Below, piece after piece: positions 1 through 11,963 of a stretch of DNA of 64,000 bases. The notes beneath the pieces were generated by a model, which did not search any database, was not told the DNA's origin, and saw nothing but the letters and a program-made list of their open reading frames with translations. The translations under genes were made by a program, and so were the position numbers. The DNA is taken from the NCBI RefSeq assembly GCF_041146345.1, contig NW_027191417.1, forward strand, positions 62,001 through 126,000, read 5' to 3'. Source of the DNA: Neodothiora populina. Lineage: Eukaryota. Positions within the stretch are counted from its first letter, which is position 1; each line of letters begins with the position of its first letter.

Positions 1-147
1 TGTAGGCTGCAGGGAAACATTGTCTTTATCAATCAAGTCCCCAAATCGCCATCTGGGAAGATTCTGAGGAGGTTGCTAAAGGACGTCAAGGGAGTCGAGG
101 CACCACTGTATGCGGAAAAGGCATGGCTTGCGAAGCCGAAGCTGTAG
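1..147 (+). CDS. 3' end of an AMP-dependent acyl-CoA ligase (4-coumarate-CoA ligase-like), probably peroxisomal; partial
   Basis: Frame 1 reads LQGNIVFINQVPKSPSGKILRRLLKD...WLAKPKL-stop (TAG 145-147). PKSPSGKILRR is the A10 motif of ANL adenylate-forming enzymes. The terminal PKL is a PTS1-like tripeptide. TGTAG at 1-5 may be an intron acceptor. Confidence 0.85.
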   Translation, partial: CRLQGNIVFINQVPKSPSGKILRRLLKDVKGVEAPLYAEKAWLAKPKL

Positions 148-594
148 ATCTTTTCTTTTGCCTTTTAATTACTCTTTGAATACCATAACAATTTACTACA
201 TGATCGCCTATATGATTATCATATACGAAGGGAAGTCCTAGTCAACAAGTTTGGAGGGCAGTGGTCGAAGTGGGAGTCACTGCTGGATGAGGACTTATGC
301 CAAAGTGCTACTAGTAACCTTGAATCGAGACCTATGTTCCAAAGACAAGTTCATTCACATGGATTATCACTTGGATCTCCCGCCAAGCGAGATGACGACT
401 CCCACCCGTGCCCAAGGTCATTCGAGAATGCACACACCAATTTTATCACTTGTCGAAGAAAGCGATTAACAAGGACGTCAACATCACCGAGTATGTCTGA
501 TCAATGAGATCGTACTTTCATACCATTTCTTTGTACTTGACTTGTCCTTTCAATTTCATTTGTCCTTTCAATATCCAAAAAGTAAAAATGTATA

Positions 595-2060
<1,466 letters not shown>

Positions 2061-2236
2061 ATCTGGAGGGTTTCTTTCCTTGGTCTGGTTTTGAGATTGG
2101 ACTGGATATCACGAGGTGGGCGATGGGAAGATTGATACTACAGTATATAATAGTTTACTGGGGGCTACAGGTCTGATGGTATACGTCTCATATGTGCAAT
2201 AACCATGGCACTTTGAGGGAAGTTGCCAGCGTAGAA

Positions 2237-2242
2237 CCGAGG
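2237..2242. promoter_or_regulatory. CCGAGG, candidate FarA/FarB (Ctf1) site in the divergent thiolase/MFS promoter
   Basis: Exact hexamer 177 bp upstream of the thiolase ATG. It is a short motif, so a chance match is possible. Confidence 0.45.
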
Positions 2243-3037
2243 CCCACGGTAAATGGTCAGGGCCACGTTGCCGCGGGCAGCTGCCAAATCTTGGCAGGGC
2301 TCGCCGTGCAAGTACCTGGGGCTAAGGTACCTACCTGACCTTAATTAAAGTACTCCGTACAAGGTAGGTAGTCAACCTCAGCCTACGGTAGGTACTGTTG
2401 ATTGTTTACTTTGCTTTGCTTTGGAAGGATTATATAATGCTGTAATACCATTATTCAATGCTCGAAAGAACGTGTTTGCTTTTCTGAAAGGCCAGAGTGG
2501 ATCTCGACTATCGCCATGCCTTAGGCGCCGACGGCAGGAGTAAGGTAAGTTACCTCCGTATGTACTCCGTACCCCAGAAACCACGAGCTCTTATCTGCTA
2601 CCCCATGGCCGAGTCTATATCAGTACTGTATGGTAGGTCTTATCTGGACAACCTCGCCTCTTTACTTCAGCCATGCTGGACCCAAGCATGGCTTCCCTTC
2701 CAGTCTGTCTTGGTTTGCATGGCGGAAATGCGATATCATCGCTTTTTGACTTTCAGCCCCTTGTGCGAGTAGCCTTCTTGTTGGTTGTCGAAGTCTCGCG
2801 AACAGTGAGACGAAACCGTCAGGAAGGAGCTGCCCTATCTCGGAGATTCAGCGGACCTTAGATAAGCACATGATTGTCGGTCACACTGCATCAAACAGCG
2901 ATCTTGTAGGAATGGGGTCGGGTAATCTCATAATTACTTATCAGAAGACAGCATGAATCTGGTAGCTCTTGGAGTGGTATAATAATATACATGACTGCCT
3001 CGCATCTCATCCCACTGTTCCTCCAAGTACTGCCAAT

Positions 3038-4669
3038 ATGACTACTCACGCAGACATCGTCCCCGGGACTGTCCATCTCGTTGACCTAGCTGGACAGGGT
3101 ATCGAAGGCGCTCATGCAGCAAACCACAATGACATCGTGTTACATCCCCAGCCCTCGGCGGATCCAGAAGATCCCCTGAACTGGACCCGGAAACGGAAGA
3201 TGTTCTCTCTCCTGATGGTCACTGTCTACACCTTGGGCGTCGGCATCCCTACTACTCTCCACTATTCCGTCATCTCGGACATCACTCGTGATACCGGCAT
3301 ATCTACTACGGATCTCGTGCAGGGCAACGGTGTCATGTTTCTGCTGCTAGGCTGGGCTTGTCTATTCTGGCAGCCTATCGCCATGACATATGGAAGACGT
3401 GGTGTCTATCTCATTTCGTGCTTGTTGACGGTACCCATCATGATCTGGACCGCTCACTCATCTACTGCGGGAGAGTGGTACGCCCATCGTATCATCATCG
3501 GCATCGTATGCTCACCTATCGAGTCTCTTCCCGAGATCTCCATCCCTGATGTCTTCTTTGCTCACGAGAGAGGGACATGGATGAGTGCTTACGTCTTCGT
3601 GCTTTTCGAGTCCAACTTCATTGCTCCTCTGATAGCTGGTTGGCTGGATGACGCAATTGGCTGGCGATGGACCATGTACTTCGGTGCATGTCTGTCGGCT
3701 GGCTGCTTTCTCATTCTCTTCTTCTTCATGGAAGAGACCATGTATTTTCGCAATACCGTTGAAGGTGTAGAGGCCACTGACTCTCCTTCTACTCCCGAAT
3801 ACAGAGACGACAAGATGGACGAGAAGCACACTCTGCCGGTCATGCCAAAAGCCATATCTACACGGTCTGCTACCACCTTCGCCCCACCGAGATCCTATGT
3901 GCAGAAACTGAGGCCGTTTATCTCTCTGCCCGGCCGACCTTCAAACAAGCAGATGTTCATCATGATGTACCGACCTCTTCTGATCATGGTCCAGTTCCCT
4001 ACCATTGCCTGGGCTGGCTTCATCTACGGCATAAATCTAGCGTGGTATAACGTACTCAACGGAACAGCAAGCCCGGTGCTGAGCGCCAATCCTTACGGCT
4101 GGTCCGCTGCGCTTGTGGGATGCGCTTACGTCGGTCCAATCATTGGCGCCGTCTTCGGATGTCTCTGGGCAGGGACAGTGGCTGACAAGCTCGCCATCTA
4201 CCTTGCTCGTCGCAACAATGGTATCCGAGAGCCGGAACAGAGACTCTGGCCCCTCGCCATCGCAGGTGTCTTCACTGCAGCCGGTCTGATCACTTGGGGT
4301 GTCGGCGCCTACCACGACATCCACTGGGTCGGCCTTATCTTCGGACTAGGCATGATGGTCTTCGGACTCATCGTCGGCGGCTCGATTGGTCTGTCCTACG
4401 CGGTTGACTGTTTCAAGGAGATCAGCGGAGAGTCTATGGCTGCTGTCATCGTTATCAGGAACACCATTGGCTTCGGCTTCAGCTACGCCATTACGCCCTG
4501 GTACACCAACATGGGACTGCAAAACTGCTTCATCACCGCGGCCATGGTGTCTCTGGCCTGCACGGGTACCTTTTTCTTCATCATCTGGAAGGGCAAGGAC
4601 TTGAGGCGCTTCTCTGCCAAGAAGTATTGGGAGTATGTAGCCACCAGTGTCGTAGGTGGAGGACATTGA
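3038..4669 (+). CDS. Major facilitator superfamily transporter (HOL1/DHA1-like), intronless
   Basis: ATG 3038, MTTHADIVPGTVHLVD. Motifs PQPSADPEDPLNW, YGRRGVY, DVFFAHERG, IREPEQRL; about 12 hydrophobic segments. Confidence 0.92.
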   Translation: MTTHADIVPGTVHLVDLAGQGIEGAHAANHNDIVLHPQPSADPEDPLNWTRKRKMFSLLMVTVYTLGVGIPTTLHYSVISDITRDTGISTTDLVQGNGVMFLLLGWACLFWQPIAMTYGRRGVYLISCLLTVPIMIWTAHSSTAGEWYAHRIIIGIVCSPIESLPEISIPDVFFAHERGTWMSAYVFVLFESNFIAPLIAGWLDDAIGWRWTMYFGACLSAGCFLILFFFMEETMYFRNTVEGVEATDSPSTPEYRDDKMDEKHTLPVMPKAISTRSATTFAPPRSYVQKLRPFISLPGRPSNKQMFIMMYRPLLIMVQFPTIAWAGFIYGINLAWYNVLNGTASPVLSANPYGWSAALVGCAYVGPIIGAVFGCLWAGTVADKLAIYLARRNNGIREPEQRLWPLAIAGVFTAAGLITWGVGAYHDIHWVGLIFGLGMMVFGLIVGGSIGLSYAVDCFKEISGESMAAVIVIRNTIGFGFSYAITPWYTNMGLQNCFITAAMVSLACTGTFFFIIWKGKDLRRFSAKKYWEYVATSVVGGGH

Positions 4670-5214
4670 TTGTGTTTTTTGGTAGATCATCTCGTCGATA
4701 TGAGTATAGGGAATGCAGTAATGAATCATCTGTTTACAAAGACATTCACCGTGCCATGCCCAACCAATCTTCATGCGATATTGGCTGTGACGACTCAACC
4801 GAATTCTTTGCGATAGTAGTAGTTGTTGTTGAGCTCTTCGCATTGACAACGTCCATCGGCAACAATCGCACTCACGAGGTGTGGATCAGGGTGGATCTAA
4901 ACATACCGGTCGACGAACTGAATCTCGAGATCTAATACAATAAAACGTTCAGACACGAGGAATATTCAACAGCACTGCATGTGAAAGTCAATGCCGCGAA
5001 ACACTTCCGACACGACAAGAAAAGTTGCTCTAACGAAACTCAGAATCCATCGATATCGAACACGGTCCAATCTTGGTAGTTGTGAAACTCGTGAAAAGAA
5101 TAAAATGGAAGAAAATAGAAAACGTCGTTAGGCGATCGAGTAAGCAGTAACTTTAAAAAAACGAGAGAAGAAATTCAAGGAGAAAAAGAGAAGGTTGACT
5201 TTGTTATAGACGTT

Positions 5215-6905
5215 TCAAACGGCGGGGGGCGTTGGCAATCCGCTGGCAAATCCAGGCGACGAAGCTTCCACGTTCGACATCTTCCTCCGCGGGAACCCCA
5301 TCCTCCCCACTGTCCTCGTATTGTGCTCCATCTCGAGCTGAATCTCGGAAACCTGCGATCCTCTCAAAGCATACCCGGCGTAGAAGTATTCGTTCTCTTT
5401 GCCTTCGCTGATTGAGTAGAAGGCGGGGAATAGCACAAACTCTACCGGATCCTCAGCAGGATTCTCCGAAGGTGGAAGGTCCTGGATGGTGCCTTCGACG
5501 TTGGTGCTATTGATCTGTAGAGTTTTCCATTTGTCGTAGTCGCCTTCTTCGTAGATGACTGCTTCGATCCGGACCACGTTGTGCTGGATCAGCGACCACA
5601 GCGTTCTAGCTTGGGCCATCAGTGCGTCGAGCTCTTCGTCGAAGAAATCTTTCTGGTCCGTCGCCAGCATCGGATGAAGATTGTCTGCTACTTCCGCAGT
5701 AAAGCGTGAGGAGTCCAACGTTGTCAAGTCTTCGTCTTCTTCGGACAGAGACAAGATGAGAGCTCGGCAAAGCAACTCCTTTTTGCTGTCTGTGCGTGCT
5801 TGCTCTGACAGTAGCATCTGTAGCAGCTGGTTCTGGCCTACGAAAGTGGGTCGGAATACATGCTTCATGATCAGGTTAGTGAGTACAGAAAACGCAAGTG
5901 CCGTACGAAAGTCCTTTGCTGGCTCGGAATCAGAGGTCGGAACGAAGGAGACATTTGCAAGAGCAGGAATCTCATTGAGTTTCTCAAGCAGGTTGTCCGC
6001 TTTTTGTTGCTAGAAAGGGGTCAACACAGGTCTAAATGGGTACGAAGTTTCAAAAGTACCTTGAAGGAGATTGGTAAATTCATCAAAAAGTACTTTTGTG
6101 CAAGGGCGTGAGTCTGATAGCAGAGCTTGTGGATTTCCGATGCACTTTACTCGGTGTCAGTAGCTGAAGATGTCGTTGTGAGGAGCAGGGCATCCAACAT
6201 GTTCTCCAAAGGCTCTTCGTTGAGACCTGACTTGTAGCCCTCCCATACCGACAACTTCTTCTGGCATGTGGCAAGCTGTGCCTCTGTCTTCTCACCCTTC
6301 TTATGCAGAGACTCATGCTTCTGCTCTAGTGCCTTCAGGGATGCTGACGTCTTGCTGAACATGTCTCGCAACTTCTTGATTTTCGCTTCGGCAGTGGTTT
6401 TCTGCTCTTCTGCGTCTTTGCTTTGCTTCGAGAGATCCTCCTCCAAATCTTTGACCTTTTTCGAACACTCCTCCTCTATCTCCTCGTTCTTCTTCTTGAG
6501 CTCCTCGAGCTGGACACTACTATCCTTCAGCTGGTCTTCATAGTTTCTCTTATCTGTTTCGAGTTCTTCCGTCTTGGTTTGCAGCTCTTTGACTTCTCCT
6601 TCGGTCCTTTCCACCATCTCCTCGAGACTGCTCTTCTCGGCCGACAATTCCGTGAACCGATTCTCATGGACCAACACTAAACTCTTCAGACTGATGTCCT
6701 TGTTCTCAATCTCCTTGTGGAGATCGTCGTTCTGTACTACATATTTATGGAGCAGCTCTTGATTTTTGGCGGCGTTGTTTATGATCTCTTCGTATGTCAC
6801 GCACTCCTTGATCAAATCGAACATCTGTCTCATAGCTGCCAGAGGCGGACTGACGGTGTCATCCGGCACTTTCTGGCCCTCTCCGTCTCCGTTGACCGTC
6901 GCCAT
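5215..6905 (-). CDS. Hypothetical coiled-coil protein, 3 exons, about 528 aa
   Basis: Exons 6905-6199, 6144-6060 and 6009-5215 join in frame (GT..AG introns of 54 and 50 nt with CTGAC/TTGAC branch points). The N half is an E/K-rich heptad region. The C half (PTSDSEPAKDFRTALA...HVFRP) resembles a fungal family often auto-labelled MEI5 protein (from memory, unverified). Confidence 0.75.
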
Positions 6906-7149
6906 TTCGTTCGTTGTTGCCGTAGAATGTATTTTGACTGTACGGAGTACGTGTATAAAGATATATGATATTATATATTTCTCGCAACTACAAACAGTCC
7001 GATAATCAATACATTCTTCTCAATTACGTGGCACTGCATGTCCGAGCCACGTTCCCTAGAGCAGCGTGCTGGACTGCTGTAAAAACTCATTGTATATCAC
7101 TTCCGTCCCTAAAGGTGGACGGGCAGGAGTTGCTGCCCAAGCTCGTTCG

Positions 7150-7187
7150 CTGTCCGATTGTCACTGTCTGATTGTCACTGTCTGATT
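7150..7187. repeat. 14-bp tandem repeat (CTGTCTGATTGTCA), about 2.7 copies
   Basis: ctgtccgattgtca ctgtctgattgtca ctgtctgatt. Confidence 0.75.
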
Positions 7188-8566
7188 TTCTCAATCATCA
7201 CATGCTCTGGTGACGAGTTGGCCAAGTGGCGCACTGGACAACAGTACAAAGAGTCGAACATGGCTTGCATATGTATCTGCTCTATTGAAGTATGGATATG
7301 CAGAGGTACACACGCACTGTACGCCACCTATCATGCAAGTCACATATACACACCCCTCACACACGCAAGCAGAGCCGAAGGAAGTGTGTGTCGGCGTGTG
7401 AGATGCGTGGGGTGATCATGATGACACAAGAGCGGCTGAAGTACCTCCATGTAGATCGGGACATATCTATCACCTGTGATGTGTCAGAGACACGGCCTCG
7501 CGACGGTCGAGACTGTGGGACTTCATACTCCGTACGAGAAACGATAGAGCGAGAAAAAGACCTTTTGGCTTCGTGTCATGTGTCGCCGTATCACAGTATT
7601 GGGAATCGTCCAGGAAGAGAAGCCGCCAAGCTCCGGCGCTCTACCCGCGCGCCACTGTAATTGCCCGCTGTCGCTTGCGGGGAGACACACGGAGCTCTCT
7701 CCCGATCGGGCACTTCCAGTAATTACAGTACCTCAAGCACAGTGAGGTACTGTACTGTGCCTCATCTAGTAGTAAGGTTTAGGTACGAGAGCAAGGTACA
7801 ATAAGGTACCCACTGTAAAGATACGGACCCCTACAGTGCAAAGTGCGGCAAGGTCGATCCGCAGCGATGGAAATGGGGTAAACATCCCCCGGCTCTGCTT
7901 CCCCATTTTCGTCTCTCTTCGCACAGCTCACCTGCCAGCGAACAGTATTTGTCTCAATTTTCAAAACGCACACAACAGACACTCAGTGTACAATCCCTTC
8001 ACTGCATGGTAGCTAACATCAGGTGAGGTTCCACGGCTGGCGTTGCAAGCCTTATGACGTCTCACAGCCACCTGCACTTGTACTGGACGAACACGTTGAC
8101 GATGCAAAGGGTCGGCTTCGACTCGTGGTCAGTGGCGGTTGATCGATATACCGTTCAAACCATCTGTCGAATAGCGATCGGCTTTTGTGTCAAGGAAGTG
8201 ATTTTTCGCAAGCGACACTGTGACCGTATGCTGAAGGCTTCTTCTGTGCGCTGACCTTCCAAATCAGCCGCACGGCTGATGGCTAACCGTTGCGCTCCGT
8301 CCAGCCGTTGACTCTGTCTCTCGTCCCTTAGAAATACTGTTCTTGTCGGTAACGTCTTCTTTACTTATTTGGCTAGCATCACTAGAGAGAGATTTACAAC
8401 CGTTGGCTCTGATTATGGCGAGACAGCGTTCGAAAAGCGTATTCGCGGGTGTAGCCAGAGTGACGATCTATCTTTTATTATATTTGGCAAAGTAGCTAGC
8501 TCCCTATTGCCACGGTCAGTTCCCGTGGATTTTCTGTCTTGTCCCTTTTCTATCATAATAGCAATA

Positions 8567-10067
8567 ATGTTGGGCTGGAACAAGGGCAAGTCTGCCGTGG
8601 TGTCAAGTACGCCGTACGGGCGTGAAAGCATGGAGAAGTCGCCCAGGCTATCTACGAGCGATTCATACGTCTCCAAGCTGTCGGAGGGATCATATGAAGA
8701 CGAAGACGATGACTATGTTCCCGAGCCCGTGCCACGACTGAGGAAGAAATGGAGGAGTTCGCTTTTGGATCACAACGAGCCATACGAAAAACCTTGGCTC
8801 GAGATCAAGGAACCCAAGAAGATCTGGGAGAGAGTCATTTTCTTCTTCGGTTGTGCCTGCGGTGCGGGCTTGGGCATCTGGCTGTGTGTGTCCTCGTACA
8901 CCAAGAATGCCAATCATGCAGTATGTTTGAGTGACAACATGAACTACCATGAAATCTTACTGATAGTGCTATAGTATTGTCTGGTCATGGAGGATGACTT
9001 CAAAACTCTAGACACCAGCACTTGGAACTTTGAAATCCAGAGAGGCGGCTTCAACGAAGGGTCTTTCGAGTGGACTACGAACGACAGATCCAATGTCTTC
9101 GTGGACAAGCATGGATTGCATATCGTCCCAACACTTACAACTGAAACTACTAGCATCACCGAAAGGCAATTGAATGACGGCTATACGCTGAATCTTACTG
9201 CTACCGGAGAATGCACATCTCGAAAAGCGGAAGATTGTGCAGTCGTCAGCAACTCTTCCGCAGGATACTTGATCAACCCTGTCAGAAGTGGCCGCATCAA
9301 CACCAAGGGCCACAAGGCGATCAAGTATGGCAGAGTCGAAGTTGTCGCCAAAATGCCAAAGGGTGATTGGATCTGGCCATCAATCAGGATGATGCCTGTG
9401 GACGAAGCTTACGGAGCCTGGCCTGCTTCAGGAGAAATCGACATTGCCATGCTTCGCGGTAACGCACTTGATGCTGTCAAGGATGGCAGAGATACCATGA
9501 CCAGTACATTGCATTGGGGACCCGAGGAAGGAATGGATGCATCATTCAGAACCATTGGTGGTCACTTCTTGAAACGACGAGACTACAGCGATGGCTTCCA
9601 CACTTTTGGTCTCGAATGGGGTCCCAGTCATATTTACACCTATCTGGATGGACGACCATTGGTACGTATAGCTTTGTCGACATCTTGCGAGATAGAATTC
9701 GCTAACATACCCCTAGCAAGTGTTTTTCGTCTCGTTTCCTGAAGGATCATCAATGTGGGACCAAGGCAAATTCAGCAGCCAAGCTCGACTCTACAACGAC
9801 CCCTGGTCGTGGACAGGCAACCCCAATACTCCCTTCGACAAACCTTTCTATCTCATCCTAGATGTTGCCGTGGGAGGTACCAACGGATGGTGGGTCCAAG
9901 GTCAGGGTGAGAAGCCTTGGGACAATTCTGACCCAACGGCTGCACATGCATTCTACGAAGCGAAAGATGTCTGGTACCCAACTTGGGGCAAGGGGTCCTC
10001 CAAGGGCATGACTGTGAAAAGTGTAAAGATGTGGGAGTTGGGCAAATGCGGAAGTGCCTCGAATTAG
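8567..10067 (+). CDS. Membrane-anchored GH16 protein (laminarinase/beta-1,3-glucan-binding subgroup), 3 exons, about 463 aa
   Basis: Exons 8567-8920, 8975-9661 and 9717-10067. Cytosolic N-tail and one TM (VIFFFGCACGAGLGIWLCV). Motifs INPVRSGRINT, KYGRVEVVAKMPKGDWIWP, WPASGEIDI, FHTFGLEW, PFDKPFYLILDVAVGGTNGW. Confidence 0.93.
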
Positions 10068-11963
10068 ATCAAGTCTGTTGGTAAACATAGTCGAAGTTCA
10101 TACATCATCTCTTCTTACAAATCGCGTTCCAGAATACAAGCTGAACTCATATGCTTCTCCACTGCATGTGCTGAGAATACTCCACTCGCGATGCATGCCT
10201 AATGCATTTCTGGCAGGTTCACCTCAGCCAGGTCCATCTCGATCCCAACGTGCTGGAGAAGAAGCTGAACGTCTATCATGTCCATCTCGTGTTCCCAGGA
10301 GTGTAAGAATTGCTAGATGGTCTGCTAGTAGGTGAACAACGGTAAACTATCACCTCGCGTGTCACAGCGACTTCCCAAATAGTACCGTTTGCCTGACAAA
10401 TTATAGCATCTCGGCCGTACTAGAAAAGCAGGGCCTTCAATTACCTGCAGGCTAAGAGGAAACTCTTGACGGACTAAGGTGCACAGCTAGTACCGGTCGT
10501 TATTGCAACGGTCAAAACAGGTGAGAGTGGCGTGCTTGCCGCATTGGGTTGTAAAAAGCCGAAAAACCTTGCGAATCGCCAAAGATACTCCTATTAGGCA
10601 AGTGACCATACTGCAGACGTGCAGTAATACTGTGAGACACTCTTCTCTAATTCGCGGCAGACTGCAGATCGAGTCTTACTATCCGCAGAGTCCCATGGTA
10701 AAGTGCACATTTTATGAGCAACGGTCTGCACTTTGCAAGCCGCAGGTTGGGGTATAAATGCCGATTGGCAAAATGGAATGGATACAGCAAATCAGTTTCC
10801 CTATTATACAGATCCTCGTACTATAGCAGAGACATGACCTACAGTACTACGCTTGACATGGTCATGTGTGCATTTATTACATCATGAAGACCCGTCCTGC
10901 CAGAGAGGAATTATCAGATGTGTAAATGGTGGTACGCGATGTTTGTCCGGATCCGAACAACATGCGGCGGCCTTGAATTAGTGCAAACATGCCTCACCTA
11001 AGTAACTCCGTCCTCGTCACGTGTCTAGAGATCTCAAGTCAGGCGAACTGTATCGCATGAACTTTACTTTACAATATACTCACAGCTCGGATTTTATACA
11101 CACCTGTTCTATCCAATAAGTCCATAAGAAAAGACATAATATACGCGATGTACGAGATGCGGGCGGACGTGCCCGCCGCTAGACCATATCTAGACAACCT
11201 ACTGGAGGCAGGATAAAACCTCACCGTTCGCTAGGTGAAACATTGTATTGGACGGCTCTTCACTTCCTAGAGACCTTTCTCGAATTCTCTACACGTGGAA
11301 GCGATTTCTTGCACATGCTGCACCAGCCGCATGGCTATGCCGGTTGTTTCACGAAAGCCACGGCAACCGACTGTCAAAGTGGCTGCCGGGCCACAACGTC
11401 TTTTAGTCAAGCCCTCCGTAACCGCCTCCGCGGCGGATACTGCCTTGCACTAGATCTAGCTGGCCATGGATTGAGAATTCTTTCCGAAACTGATCGTCCT
11501 ATGGTGCAGATCTGGCTACCACTGTCGCGGTGGAAGGGCTGGACCATGACAAAAAGCAGTATCTGGCGTTAGTGGAGAAAAAAGAAACCAACGAGCAAAT
11601 GGTCCTCGTGTCGACTGATTGATCTAGCAGTCCGTTTAGAGTTATGCTGTGAATTGGCTCGGCGAATGGAGGAACGCCATGTGAGGTTACGCCTTCCACC
11701 TACGTCCATGGCAACAAAAGTCTTCTAGCCCGGTCAAGCCCAATCCGTCCCCGGCATACATTATACTTCTCCGCAACAGTTAAGGGCCGTTGGCGCTCGA
11801 CTTGTCTCGTCTGAATAGTAAGGTATCTATCAGTAGACTATGAAGGAACTCTTGCCACTAGGCTGCTGGGAGCATTCCCATAAATGTATAGAGTCAGTCT
11901 CCCCCTCCCATGGCTGTCCTTCTCAAGTAATCATCTGGTCTGAAAAGAGCGGAACCAACGATC

